A stretch of DNA of 47,058 bases from Candidatus Zipacnadia bacterium (GCA_029821195.1 JALGTU010000003.1:1-47058), one strand, 5' to 3'; positions 25,123 to 35,186 are shown, counted from the stretch's first letter. The notes: generated from the sequence alone by a model not told the origin. A program made the numbers and translations.

Positions 25123-27558
25123 TTAATCCTCCCCTCGCCCCTTCCCGCCCTGGGGACGGCCGTATTCCTTGAAGGCCTCGGCCAGTTCCTTGAGCCGGTC
25201 CTGGACGGCCTGGTGGACAGTACCCTTGGGGTAATTGCCCTGCGCGTCGGCCTGCCCCGCCGGCCTTCCGGTCAGAATTCCCAGGACCTCATCAACGGTC
25301 TCGACCGCCCAGACGTGGAATTTGCCCTGTTCGACCGCCGCCACGACCTCCTCGCGCAGCACCAGGTGGCGCACGTTGCTGGCCGGGATCACCACTCCCT
25401 GGTTGCCGGTGAGGCCCTTGATCTTGCAGGCGTAGAAAAAGCCCTCAATCTTGCGGGTGACCCCGCCAATGGGCTGGATCATGCCGTGCTGGTTGATCGA
25501 GCCGGTGACGGCGATATCCTGGCGCAGAGCTATGCCGCTGAGGCTGGAAAGCAGCGCAACCAGCTCGGCGCAGGAAGCGCTGTCGCCCTCGACCTGGGAG
25601 TAGCTCTGCTCGAAGCTGATGCTGGCCGCACAGCTCAGCGGCTGCTCGGTGGCATACTTCTGGCCCAGATAGCCGCTGAGGATGAGTACGCCCTTATTGT
25701 GGACGGGTCCGGAGAGCTTGGCCTCGCGCTCGATATTGACCACGCCATTGCTGCCCATGAAGCTGCGCGCGGTGATCCGGTTGGGCATGCCAATCATGTA
25801 GTCGCCGAACTGCATCACCTGCAGGGCGTTTATCTGGCCGACGGCAGCACCGTCGGTGTCAATCATCAAGGTGCCCTGCTGGATCATCTCCAGCAACTGT
25901 TCTTCGATGCGGTTCGACCGCCAGATGTGCTGCTCGATGGCGTAGTCAACGTCCTCGGGCTGGACCACCTCCCGATGGCCGTTGCGAGTGGCCCAGTAAC
26001 TGGCCTCGCGCACGAGGTCAACTACCGGCCCGAATCGGGTGGTGAGCTTCTCCTGGTCGGCGGCGGTGCGCACGCCGTACTCGACGACCTTGGCCACGGC
26101 TGCAGCAGAGAAGGCCGGCAGCTCCTCCTCCTGGCACTTGGCGGCGATGAACCGGGCGTACTCCCGGATCGTTTCCTCGCTGCGGTCAATAGTGACGTTG
26201 AAGTCGGCCTTGACCTTGAAGAGCTTGCTGAACTCATCGTCATAAATGTGGAGCAGGTAGTAGATCAGCGGAGTGCCGATCAAGACCACCTTGACGTTCA
26301 GGGGTATCGGCTGGGGCTCGAGGCTGACCGTGGAGATGAGCCGGAGTTGGTCCTGAATTGACTCAACGCGGACCTGTCCGTTCTTCAGGCATCGTTTCAA
26401 CGCTTCCCAGGCATAGGGCCGGCGCAGCACCGCCTCCGCCTCCAACAGCAGATACCCCCCGTTGGCCTTGTGCAGCGCTCCGGGCTTGATCATCGTGAAA
26501 TCGGTGACGAGCGCACCCATCCGCGTCTGGTACTCGATCTCGCCCGTCAGGTTGTCAATGGTCGGATTCATCTCGAAGACCACCGGCGCGCCCCTGCCAT
26601 CATCGTGGCCGACCAGGGCATTGATCCGGTAGCGGTCATAAGGAACGTGCTCTCCGCTCAGAAGTGCGTCGGGTATGGGGAACGGAGGTGTGTGCTCCTC
26701 ACCATCCCGGAAGCGGGCGACATTCTCCACCAGGTCCTGCTTCATCTGCTCGAGGTGTTCGATTACCGCATCGTATTCCCGGTATTCTTCGATCAGTTCG
26801 TCAATCAAGTGGCCGGTGGCAAATTGAATCGTCTGGCGGTCTAGCTCCCGCAGGGCCTTGCGCGCCTCCTTCTCCCGGCGGCGCAAATCCTGCATAAGAT
26901 CAACCAGTTTGTCCTGGAGCTGTTCGCGCTTCTTGTCCAGGGCCTGGCGCTCTTCGTCCTCGAGCGCGTCGTAATCCTGGGGACTCATCACCTCGCCGTC
27001 GCGGGCCGGCGCGACGACCAGCCCGCCCGGGCTGCGGCCGATGGTGAGGCCGGCTTTCTCCGCCTCCTGCTCAAACTCCCGCATCTCCCGGTGGCGTTCC
27101 TCCCGGAATTCCTTCAGCAGTTCGTCACGCTGGTTCTGGTATTCTTCGCTTTCAAAGGCGTTCTCAATGGCCTGGGTTACATCCTCGATAAGCTCGTCAA
27201 CGTCATTGGCCAGCCGGCGACCGTCCCCGGCGGCCAGCTCAATGGCGACCGGCGCGCGGGGGTCACTGAAGTTGTAGGCGTAGCACCAATCGCTGGGCGT
27301 GGGCTGCTCGGCGGCAATGGCCGCCAGGGCCTGACGAGTCATCGTCGAGCGCCCTGCCGCCACCGGCCCCAGCACGAAGATGTTATAGCCGTGACTGGGA
27401 ACGTTCGCGCCAAAATCAACTGCCGCCATCGCGCGCTGCTGGCCGATAGGCTCAGCCATCGGCTCCAGCTCCACGGTTGTCTCGAAATCCAGTGTCGTGG
27501 GGTCGCAGGTCCAGCGTAATCGCTCTGCGGGAACTTCGAATCTGCTATAATCTAACAC
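25123..27558 (-). CDS. Lon-like protease (LonC/YcbZ type, AAA_32 plus Lon_C)
   Basis: IGQQRA, IKPGALHKANGGYL, LEPQPIPL and FSKLFKVKADF motifs; Ser-Lys dyad in EGDSAS and IGGVTRKIEGFF. Walker A is degenerate (GPVAAGRST). Confidence 0.92.
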   Translation of the reverse strand: MLDYSRFEVPAERLRWTCDPTTLDFETTVELEPMAEPIGQQRAMAAVDFGANVPSHGYNIFVLGPVAAGRSTMTRQALAAIAAEQPTPSDWCYAYNFSDPRAPVAIELAAGDGRRLANDVDELIEDVTQAIENAFESEEYQNQRDELLKEFREERHREMREFEQEAEKAGLTIGRSPGGLVVAPARDGEVMSPQDYDALEDEERQALDKKREQLQDKLVDLMQDLRRREKEARKALRELDRQTIQFATGHLIDELIEEYREYDAVIEHLEQMKQDLVENVARFRDGEEHTPPFPIPDALLSGEHVPYDRYRINALVGHDDGRGAPVVFEMNPTIDNLTGEIEYQTRMGALVTDFTMIKPGALHKANGGYLLLEAEAVLRRPYAWEALKRCLKNGQVRVESIQDQLRLISTVSLEPQPIPLNVKVVLIGTPLIYYLLHIYDDEFSKLFKVKADFNVTIDRSEETIREYARFIAAKCQEEELPAFSAAAVAKVVEYGVRTAADQEKLTTRFGPVVDLVREASYWATRNGHREVVQPEDVDYAIEQHIWRSNRIEEQLLEMIQQGTLMIDTDGAAVGQINALQVMQFGDYMIGMPNRITARSFMGSNGVVNIEREAKLSGPVHNKGVLILSGYLGQKYATEQPLSCAASISFEQSYSQVEGDSASCAELVALLSSLSGIALRQDIAVTGSINQHGMIQPIGGVTRKIEGFFYACKIKGLTGNQGVVIPASNVRHLVLREEVVAAVEQGKFHVWAVETVDEVLGILTGRPAGQADAQGNYPKGTVHQAVQDRLKELAEAFKEYGRPQGGKGRGED

Positions 27559-27720
27559 TTGCCACTCCTGTTATGGCTATATGAGGTGCGGATGATAGTA
27601 CAGGTATATGTATATTGCCCGCCGCTGGTCGAAGCACCTTCCTGGGTGAGCACAACTTTCCCAGCACCCGCCGGGAAGGGAACGCACCCTCAGGTTGAGA
27701 ACCTATCGTGTGTGGTGTGA

Positions 27721-28680
27721 ATGAGCTACCCGACCGTGCCGTACGAACCGCAGCAAGCGTCGGCCCTGGTTGCCCTGATAAACTCCGCCTATGCCGAATG
27801 GCGGAGCCTGCCCCGGGTCGTGGGCGTGAAGGAAGAGCTGCCGCCGCTGACCGTTGGTGCCTGGGAGGAGATGCTTCGGGACGGCCAACTCGATCCCGAG
27901 GGTATCTTCAGCATCTGGTCCGAGGGCCGACCGGTCAGCGTAGTCACCGTCCGTGTGGAATCCGAAGGCGGTCAGGCACGGCTGGGCTACCTTGCCACCG
28001 CCCCTGAGCACCGCCGCCGTGGCTGGGCCTCGGCCTGCCTGGCCAATGCGCTGGACTATGCCCGCCGGGCGGGAGCGCATACGGTCCAGCCCCAGCGCTT
28101 TGTAGACAGTCGGTGGGAATCAGCCTGTCGCTTCCTGGAAGCCAACGGATTTCTCAGGCCCGAGCCGGAGAAGAAGGACATCACGATGCTCATGGACGTT
28201 GAGCAGTATGAGCCGCGCCCGGTGGTGGTGCCCGAGGGGTATGAACTGGTCAATTTCCGGGGCGGTGACGAGGCGGTGTGGGTCGGCCTGCTCCGGGCCT
28301 GTTTCGAGGGCAATTTCCCTGACACCTTCTTCGCTGACCGCTTCGCTGGCCGTCCGTACGACTTCGATCCGCAGGGCTGGTTCTTCGTCGAGCATAACGG
28401 GGAGAAGGTGGCTACGCAGGGCTTGCGCATTTGGCACGATCCCGATGATCCTGAGCAGATAACCGGCGCGCAGATAGACTGGGTTTGCACCCTCCCCGAG
28501 CACCGGGGCAAGGGTATCGGCACGGCACTGTTGACCGCCTGCCTCAACTACGGCAAGCTGCTACGGCCCCGCCCTCTTGTGCTGGTAACCCAGCCGTTCC
28601 GAAAGCCCGCCCTCCGGCTGTACGAGAGGTTCGGCTTCCGCACGGTGCGGGAACTGCGTGTGTATACCCGTGCTCTGTAA
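27721..28680 (+). CDS. Tandem-domain GNAT acetyltransferase
   Basis: Two acetyl-CoA motifs (PEHRRRGWA, PEHRGKGIG) and ALRLYERFGF. Confidence 0.88.
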   Translation: MSYPTVPYEPQQASALVALINSAYAEWRSLPRVVGVKEELPPLTVGAWEEMLRDGQLDPEGIFSIWSEGRPVSVVTVRVESEGGQARLGYLATAPEHRRRGWASACLANALDYARRAGAHTVQPQRFVDSRWESACRFLEANGFLRPEPEKKDITMLMDVEQYEPRPVVVPEGYELVNFRGGDEAVWVGLLRACFEGNFPDTFFADRFAGRPYDFDPQGWFFVEHNGEKVATQGLRIWHDPDDPEQITGAQIDWVCTLPEHRGKGIGTALLTACLNYGKLLRPRPLVLVTQPFRKPALRLYERFGFRTVRELRVYTRAL

Positions 28681-28901
28681 TCAACTGAATGGCCGGACCT
28701 GGATTCGTGCCGCTAAGGGGAGTTGGTGATCTATGCTTATGATGGGCACACCGCTGCTTTACCAGGCCATCGCTATTCCTGCCCAGTTTGTGGTCACTGC
28801 GGATGGACTGAGGAACAGCAGCACAACGGCAGCTCAGTGGCAGCGCAACGACGCCACGGAATCCGATAGTGGCACCGGCTAGGTTCAAGAAACCCCCGTT
28901 T

Positions 28902-28957
28902 CGGTAGGACAGGCGTCCCACCGGTGTCCTTGGACAGGCGAGACGCCTGTCCTACCG
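28902..28957. repeat. REP doublet, family B
   Basis: CGGTAGGACAGGCGTC...GACAGGCGAGACGCCTGTCCTACCG inverted pair between convergent genes. Confidence 0.85.
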
Positions 28958-28989
28958 GTATTGAGAAGAGTACAGCGTTTTGCCCCAAC

Positions 28990-30312
28990 CTAAGGACGGC
29001 CCTCCCCCATCACGAACGGTTCCAGCTTGGCGAGCATTTCGGCGTCTACCTCCACCTGGGCCTCGACGTAGTCCGCTTCGTATTCCTGACTGACCACGTG
29101 CCCGCGTTGGTGGATCATATCTAGCAGCTCCAGCCGGTCGTAGGGCAGCCGAACCGTCGCTGATTTGCGGCGCTCCGCGACCAGCTCCTTGATGCACAGC
29201 TTGAGTTCCTCCAGGCCGTAGCCGTCCGTGGCCGAGATGCGGATGGCATTGGGCAACCGGCGCAGCCGCTGCCAGGTGGGCTCGGGGTCGGGTACCAGGT
29301 CCCACTTGTTGAGCGCGGCCACGTACGGCTTGTCCAGCGCCTGCAGTTCCCCGAGAATCTCTTCGCTGGTGCGATGCTGCTGGAGCGCCTCCGGGTCACT
29401 TGCGTCAATGACCTCGATCAGCACGTCGGCCTGGACGGCCTCTTCCAGCGTCGAGCGAAACGACGCGATCAGATTGGGCGGCAGGTCGCGGATGAACCCG
29501 ACCGTGTCGCTCGCCAGGATGCTGACACCGTCGCCTAACTCAACCCGCCGCACCGTGGGATCGAGCGTTTCGAAGAGCCGGTCGTGCGCCTCGACCTGCT
29601 CCGAGCCGGCCAGGGCGTTGAGCAGGCTGGATTTGCCCGCGTTCGTGTAGCCGATGATGCCGACGAGCGGTAGGCCCGACTCGTGGCGGGCGGCGCGCTC
29701 GGTCTCCCGGCGTCGGCCCATCTCCTCCAGCTGGCGGCGCAGTCGGGTGATGCGCTGGCGCAGCCGGAGCCGGTCCATCTCCAGCTTGGTCTCGCCCGGG
29801 CCGCGCACGCCGATGCCCAGCGCCCGGCCCCCACCGATTCGCGACATCATTTTGCCGTGGCCGACCAGCCGTGGCAGCAGGTAGGTGAGTAGCGCCAGTT
29901 CCACCTGCAGCTTGCCCTCGCGGCTGCGGGCGTGCTGGGCAAAGACATCCAGGATAAGCTCAACGCGGTCGAGGACCTTGCAATCGTCGAGCACGTCCAG
30001 GATATTGTTAATCTGCGCGGGCCTGAGCGTCGCGTTAAAGACCACCATGTCGGCCTCGTTAGCCGCCACGTTTTCTTTGATCTCCTGCAGCTTGCCTTTG
30101 CCTACGTAGGTGGCCCGGTCGGGCTTGCGGCGGGTTTGCATAACCACATCCACGACGGAGGCCCCCGCCGCGCGCACCAGTTGGAGCAGTTCCTGCATTG
30201 CGGCGTGACCGGCACCGGCGAAGTCCTCCAGGCCCACCACCACCGCGCGTTCCGGCTCGAGAGTTATCTCCTCACGGCCCACAACTATTTCTTCGTTAAA
30301 GGCCAAGTCCAC
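28990..30312 (-). CDS. hflX: Ribosome-associated GTPase HflX
   Basis: GKGKL, EGKLQVELA, RGPGETKLE, GYTNAGKS, LFETLDPT, DTVGFI and NKWD motifs. Confidence 0.96.
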   Translation of the reverse strand: MDLAFNEEIVVGREEITLEPERAVVVGLEDFAGAGHAAMQELLQLVRAAGASVVDVVMQTRRKPDRATYVGKGKLQEIKENVAANEADMVVFNATLRPAQINNILDVLDDCKVLDRVELILDVFAQHARSREGKLQVELALLTYLLPRLVGHGKMMSRIGGGRALGIGVRGPGETKLEMDRLRLRQRITRLRRQLEEMGRRRETERAARHESGLPLVGIIGYTNAGKSSLLNALAGSEQVEAHDRLFETLDPTVRRVELGDGVSILASDTVGFIRDLPPNLIASFRSTLEEAVQADVLIEVIDASDPEALQQHRTSEEILGELQALDKPYVAALNKWDLVPDPEPTWQRLRRLPNAIRISATDGYGLEELKLCIKELVAERRKSATVRLPYDRLELLDMIHQRGHVVSQEYEADYVEAQVEVDAEMLAKLEPFVMGEGRP

Positions 30313-30328
30313 CTACCTCCCCGGCGCG

Positions 30329-32008
30329 CTACATGTAGCCCAGATTGCGCAGCCGCTCGACGATTATCGCCTCTTCTTCGGCCGTATACGGTGAAGCTGG
30401 TGGCCTGCGGCTGGCTTCCTGCGCCGCAGTTGCTCGCTCCATCTCCGGGAAATCTACTTCAAAGCAGCGTGATAGCGGCGCACCATCCACATAATCAGGC
30501 ACCGGCTGGCCCAGCAGGCGCAGGATGGTCGCAGCGATATCCTCAATCCGCGCGCCGGTAGTCTCCGTCCCGCTGCGCACGCCCGGTCCGTAGATTATCG
30601 CCGTACCTTCGGGGGCATGTCCGCCGGTTATACCCGGCACGGGTATCGCCGGTGCGACTTCGATACGCTGCCCGTCCCAGTCGGCAATCAGGGGGCCCTC
30701 CAGCGTAATCTGCTGGTTCCACCAGATGCCGATGTCGGGCATGACGTCGAGATACGGGCCGTCGTACAGCTCTTCCCGGGGGAAAACCCGGTCAGCGGCA
30801 GGCTGTCCCGTGGCCCCGTCCTCAGCCGAGGATATCAGGTCAAAGAGCTGCGCGCGCACCTGTTCGTATTCTTCGCCGGGCGCGACAATCCCCTGGGGCT
30901 GTCGGCCGCGCAGGTTCACCCACGGGGCCGTCTCCCAGTAATAAGAATACGCGCGCGTCCGGGGCCAGTCAATCCGCTCGGTCAGCTGCCGGGAGAAGAA
31001 CGACTCTACCGCTCTTCGGCCCAGGCGGGTCCCATACAGGCGCATCTTGAGGCCCTTGGGCAGCAGGTGATGGAGCGTCTCGCCCAGCTTCTGCCGCGCC
31101 GCATCGCTAACGACGCGAAGTCGCCCCCCGCTAGCCGATCTCTCCACCGTCAGGCCGGCAGCGCGCAATAGATTGGGCAGGTATGTGCGCCCGCGGTTAT
31201 AGATGCCTGCTCCGTGGTCCGAAGCGATCATAATGACGGTATCGTCCCCGGCCAGCTCGCGCCACTGCCCGATGATTTCGTCCATCACCTGGTACGCCTG
31301 CAGCACCGGATTACCCCAGCGTTCTACCTGCTCGGGGGCGTAATCGGGGTGATTCGGGTCGCACAGGTGCCAGAAATAGTGCTGGAGGGCGTCGGTTTCC
31401 ACGAACGCAATGGCGAACAGGTCCCAGCTCCCCTGCTCGTAAAGATACCTGCCAATCTGCGATTTCTTGCGCAGGCCAGCCAGGGCCGCCTCGATCGCGG
31501 GCTTGTAATGTCCGCGCAGGACGTGGTGCTTGACTTCGGTGTGGAAGGGATACCGCCCGAAGCGCCGGCGCAGCTCGTCAGCCAACTCCGGCGGCCAGGT
31601 CGCGCCCCGGCGGCGCAGCGAGGGGCACAGCCAGCCGGCAATGCCCGGGCCGTTGAGCGGGGGCATCGGATAGGTGCAGGGGATGTTCAGGCACGCCACC
31701 CGCGCTCCGACTTGGCTCAGCATTGTGAAGACCGTGGGCACCTGAATGTCGGCAGAGGTGACCCGGGCCACCTCGTAGCTGCCGGGCCGGCGCTGGAGGA
31801 AGCTGAATATGCCGTGCTTGCCGGGATTTACCCCCGTTATCATACTCGGCCAGGCCTGCGGGCTGGAGAACTCCGGCGTGGAGCGCAGTGGCCCGGCCGC
31901 GCCAGCGGCGAGCATCTCCCGCAGATGCGGGAGGTAGCCCTGCTCGGTCCATTCCTGAACCAGGCTGAGGCTGAGTCCGTCAATGCCGATTAGCAGTATT
32001 CGGGGCAT
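30329..32008 (-). CDS. Alkaline phosphatase superfamily protein (nucleotide pyrophosphatase/phosphodiesterase-like)
   Basis: IGIDG, AWPSMITGVNPGKHGI, DALQH, SDHG and GGH motifs; C-terminal ERLRNLGY. Confidence 0.88.
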   Translation of the reverse strand: MPRILLIGIDGLSLSLVQEWTEQGYLPHLREMLAAGAAGPLRSTPEFSSPQAWPSMITGVNPGKHGIFSFLQRRPGSYEVARVTSADIQVPTVFTMLSQVGARVACLNIPCTYPMPPLNGPGIAGWLCPSLRRRGATWPPELADELRRRFGRYPFHTEVKHHVLRGHYKPAIEAALAGLRKKSQIGRYLYEQGSWDLFAIAFVETDALQHYFWHLCDPNHPDYAPEQVERWGNPVLQAYQVMDEIIGQWRELAGDDTVIMIASDHGAGIYNRGRTYLPNLLRAAGLTVERSASGGRLRVVSDAARQKLGETLHHLLPKGLKMRLYGTRLGRRAVESFFSRQLTERIDWPRTRAYSYYWETAPWVNLRGRQPQGIVAPGEEYEQVRAQLFDLISSAEDGATGQPAADRVFPREELYDGPYLDVMPDIGIWWNQQITLEGPLIADWDGQRIEVAPAIPVPGITGGHAPEGTAIIYGPGVRSGTETTGARIEDIAATILRLLGQPVPDYVDGAPLSRCFEVDFPEMERATAAQEASRRPPASPYTAEEEAIIVERLRNLGYM

Positions 32009-32132
32009 ATTCAGTATGCGGGTCAGGTGTGATTGTGGAAAGAGCCGGTACTCTCCTAATGATACCGTGGGCGGGTGTCGCTGTAAAGAGAGAACTTGTG
32101 AACCCAGTGACGGGACCGGGCAGCGAAATCAT

Positions 32133-32162
32133 TTGACTGCTCCTGGCATTCTTGGCTATGAT
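32133..32162 (+). promoter_or_regulatory. Putative sigma70 promoter
   Basis: TTGACT-N18-TATGAT upstream of the CapA-like gene. Confidence 0.45.
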
Positions 32163-32198
32163 AGGGGGGTATTCAGCAGTGGAAACGAGAGTTTTTGG

Positions 32199-33347
32199 AT
32201 GATGAGTAGACTGTCGCGGATATGCTTGCTGGTGGTGGCGACCGGGCTTGCAGCTGCGTTGGTGGGTTGTCCGGCGGCGCCGAACATGTCCTCGAGTGCT
32301 GCGGCTAAGCTTGGGCCTGTGCCGAGCCCGACCCCGCCGCCGCCCCGGAAGCTGCACATGGTGGCGGTCGGCGATATTATGCTGGATCGGTCGGTGGGCA
32401 GGAAGATCAACGCCAACGGCTGCGCCAGCATCGTCGCGCAGGTCGCCGAGCAGCTCCGGCGTGCCGATATCACCTTCGGCAACCTGGAGTGTCCGCTGTC
32501 CACCGTCGGGCCGCATCAGCCCAGCGGAGCGTGCGTCTTCCGGGCCGACCCGAAAACGGTGAAGGTGCTGGTACTGGGCGGGTTCGACATCGTATCGCTC
32601 GCCAATAACCATACGCTCAATTCCGGCAGCGCGGCGCTGATGCAGACCCTGGATCATCTGGAGGAGGCCGGTATCGCCTACGTGGGAGCCGCGCGCCAAA
32701 AGGAGCGCGGCTCACAGCCAACCTTCTTCGTGGTGCAGGATATGAGGATCGGCTTTTTGGCGTATACGGATTTAAGTTTCGCGCACGGAAGTTATTCAAA
32801 GGTTGACCGGGGACTGACCGAATTGCGTGCCCAGATTACGGAGACGGCGAACAATTGCAACCTGTTAGTTGTCTCATATCACTGGGGAGAAGAATATCGG
32901 CGCAAGCCGACCAGCCGGCAAGTCCAGGTGGCTCACGCCAGCATCGAAGCCGGCGCTGACGTGGTCCTGGGCCACCATCCGCATGTTCTGGAAGGCGTCG
33001 GGATCTATCAGGAGAGACCCATCTTCTACAGTATGGGCAACTTCGTCTTTGACCAGCGCAGCGGCGAGCGGATGGAGAGCGCGATCTTTGACCTGTACTA
33101 CACGCAGGGCCGGGGCTGGCGCGTCGAGGTGACGCCGGTATGGATTCCCCGGTCACGGCTAGGGCCTGAATACGCCACGGGCGAGCGGCAGGATCGGATC
33201 TTGAGCCGTTTCCAGCAGATGTCCGCCGATTTGGGCACCGAGGTGCAAATCCGGGATGGGCGGGCCTACATCAGTTGCCCCATCGAACAGCGGAAGTCAG
33301 AGACCGTGGCCGAACCGTCCGGGGCACCAATCGAAGCGGTACACTGA
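32199..33347 (+). CDS. CapA/PgsA-family metallophosphoesterase, probable lipoprotein
   Basis: LVGC lipobox, AVGDIML, GNLEC, LANNH, HWG, GHHPH and YSMGNF motifs. Confidence 0.9.
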   Translation: MMSRLSRICLLVVATGLAAALVGCPAAPNMSSSAAAKLGPVPSPTPPPPRKLHMVAVGDIMLDRSVGRKINANGCASIVAQVAEQLRRADITFGNLECPLSTVGPHQPSGACVFRADPKTVKVLVLGGFDIVSLANNHTLNSGSAALMQTLDHLEEAGIAYVGAARQKERGSQPTFFVVQDMRIGFLAYTDLSFAHGSYSKVDRGLTELRAQITETANNCNLLVVSYHWGEEYRRKPTSRQVQVAHASIEAGADVVLGHHPHVLEGVGIYQERPIFYSMGNFVFDQRSGERMESAIFDLYYTQGRGWRVEVTPVWIPRSRLGPEYATGERQDRILSRFQQMSADLGTEVQIRDGRAYISCPIEQRKSETVAEPSGAPIEAVH

Positions 33348-33367
33348 CGGAGAAGGGGAGTATTGTT

Positions 33368-34336
33368 ATGCCAGACAGCAGACGCTTGTGCCGCATTGTG
33401 TTACTGGCAGTAGTGGGCGTACTTATCGCCGGCGTGGTGGGGGCAGATGACAAGCCTGTCGCTAAGGTCAACGGCGAGATTATCACCGAAGCGGTCCTGC
33501 TCGACGAGCTGATGGCTCGGCACGGCTATGCCGTCCTGGAGACGATGATCGAAGCGCTGGCCATCCGCCAGCAGGCTGAGGCCAGGGGCGTTTCAGCCAC
33601 GCCCGAGGAGATCGAGGCACGTTACCAGCGACTCAAGAGCGAGATCGTGGCCCGCAAGTCATCACGGCAGCTCACGGATGCGCAGGCCTTCGCCATGTGG
33701 CTGGCCCAGCGCGATCTCAATCCCCGGACTTTCCGGCAAGAGGTTGAGTTGCAGATCTTGCTGGAAGCGATGGTGAAGGATGAAGTCAAGGTAACTGAGC
33801 AGGAAGTGGCGCACTATTACGAGACTAACGCCAAGCAGCTCGAGAGGGCCGAAATGGTAAAAGTAAGCCACATTACTGTTACCACGGAGGAAGAAGCCCA
33901 GCGAATCCGCCAGCAGATCCTGGATCGCACGATCACCTTCGAGGAGGCGGCGCGAGAGTACTCCATTGATCCCTATGGCCGGGAAAACGGGGGTTTGCTG
34001 CCGTGGATGGGGCGGGGCGAACTGCCCAACGCGGCCTGGGAGCCAATTCGGGAGCAAGCCTTCAAGCTTAAGTTGGATGGGGAAATCAGCGCAGTGTTCC
34101 AGACTCCTATGGGCTGGGACATACTGCGCCGCGAGGGCTACCAGAAAGGTGGCACCCCGCCCTTCGAGGATATTCAGGAAGAGCTGACCGCGCAACTCTA
34201 CCGCTTCCGGCTGGCCCGCACCGCCCGCGAGATGCGCAGTGCCATAATCAAGATGGCCAAAGTCGAGCGGTTCATTGAGTTCTCGTCTACTGGGGAAGAG
34301 ATCGGGGTGGCCGAGGAAGCCGCTGCGGGCAACTGA
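33368..34336 (+). CDS. Second PrsA/SurA-like foldase (parvulin)
   Basis: Signal peptide, VAKVNGEIIT, VSHI and FEEAAREYSIDP..GG motifs; AAGGGGAG RBS. Confidence 0.88.
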   Translation: MPDSRRLCRIVLLAVVGVLIAGVVGADDKPVAKVNGEIITEAVLLDELMARHGYAVLETMIEALAIRQQAEARGVSATPEEIEARYQRLKSEIVARKSSRQLTDAQAFAMWLAQRDLNPRTFRQEVELQILLEAMVKDEVKVTEQEVAHYYETNAKQLERAEMVKVSHITVTTEEEAQRIRQQILDRTITFEEAAREYSIDPYGRENGGLLPWMGRGELPNAAWEPIREQAFKLKLDGEISAVFQTPMGWDILRREGYQKGGTPPFEDIQEELTAQLYRFRLARTAREMRSAIIKMAKVERFIEFSSTGEEIGVAEEAAAGN

Positions 34337-34462
34337 CCGCGACCGACCGGGCGGAGTATATCCGATGGGCGGCAAGCACGGGGAAGGAAATCCGAGTACA
34401 CTTGGTGAATAGGCTACAAAAGTAGTGCTGCGTGTCAACAAAATGAAGGGAGTAGGGAACCA

Positions 34463-34945
34463 GTGAGAGCTTACAAGGTGCTGATGGTCATACTCATCGT
34501 GGCTCTATTGGTCGGTATGTCACTGGGCTGTGGCAAGAAGAAGGGGCCGGATATTGGCCAGGGGGCGGAGGAGGAGATTGCCGAGATGCCGGAGGGCGAG
34601 GGCATGCCCCCAGGCGAAGCGGAAGAGGGTCCGCCCATGCCGGGAGGGGAAGAGGGCCCGCCGATGCCGATGATGGAGGAGACCGGTCCGATGGGTGGTG
34701 GCGACCTGGTTCAGGAGGCGATGGCGGCCAAGCGGGACGGGCGACTCGAACAGGCGGTAGTGAAGTTCGAGGCCGCGTTGCTGGAAGAGCCCGACAACGA
34801 GGACGCCCACTGGGGTCTGGCCTGGACGCTCGCCGACCAGAAGAAGAATGCCGAGGCCGTCGCCGAGTTTGAAAAGGTCCTTGAACTCACCGAGGATCCG
34901 ATGCGTAGGTCCGAGGCCGAAGCGGCTATCGAACGCTTGCAGTAG
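34463..34945 (+). CDS. TPR-containing lipoprotein with a Glu/Gly/Pro/Met-rich linker
   Basis: SLGC lipobox, EEGPPMP repeats, and a TPR-like C-terminus (AHWGLAW..AVAEFEKVLEL). Confidence 0.8.
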   Translation: MRAYKVLMVILIVALLVGMSLGCGKKKGPDIGQGAEEEIAEMPEGEGMPPGEAEEGPPMPGGEEGPPMPMMEETGPMGGGDLVQEAMAAKRDGRLEQAVVKFEAALLEEPDNEDAHWGLAWTLADQKKNAEAVAEFEKVLELTEDPMRRSEAEAAIERLQ

Positions 34946-35045
34946 CTGGTCTGGCCAAGCGGAGGGCGTACCAACCTATGGGGCCAGGTTTAGTGCTCAG
35001 TTGCCTAAATGAGCGTAGTATTGCTTGTGCCTTTGGGGCTGGCTT

Positions 35046-35114
35046 CCCTTCGACGTAGCTCCCTTCGGGTCTGAGCCTCAGGGTCGAAGACAGGGCAGTG
35101 AGCTTGTCGAACCG
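35046..35114. repeat. Nested palindromic repeat (CCCTTCGAC...GTCGAA type)
   Basis: Outer TTCGACgtAGCTC...GAGCTtGTCGAA stem interrupted by an inner 30-nt palindrome CCTTCGGGTCTGAGCCTCAGGGTCGAAGAC (35062-35091). Confidence 0.65.
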
Positions 35115-35123
35115 TGCTGCACT

Positions 35124-35186
35124 CGATACGGCCCCTCCGACGGGCCAGTTTACCCCCTGTAACAAGATTCTCGGAGGGGCCTATCG
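35124..35186. repeat. Inverted repeat/stem-loop between convergent genes
   Basis: CGATAcGGCCCCTCCGA (35124-35140) pairs with TCGGAGGGGCCTATCG (35171-35186). Confidence 0.55.

Noticed and set aside
25123-27558. Degenerate Walker A in the Lon-like protease as a sign of pseudogenisation
   Set aside because: Loss of ATPase motifs is a known property of the LonC/YcbZ subfamily. The ORF and the Ser-Lys dyad are intact.
32199-33347. Poly-gamma-glutamate capsule locus
   Set aside because: No capB or capC is adjacent, and stand-alone CapA-domain proteins are common.
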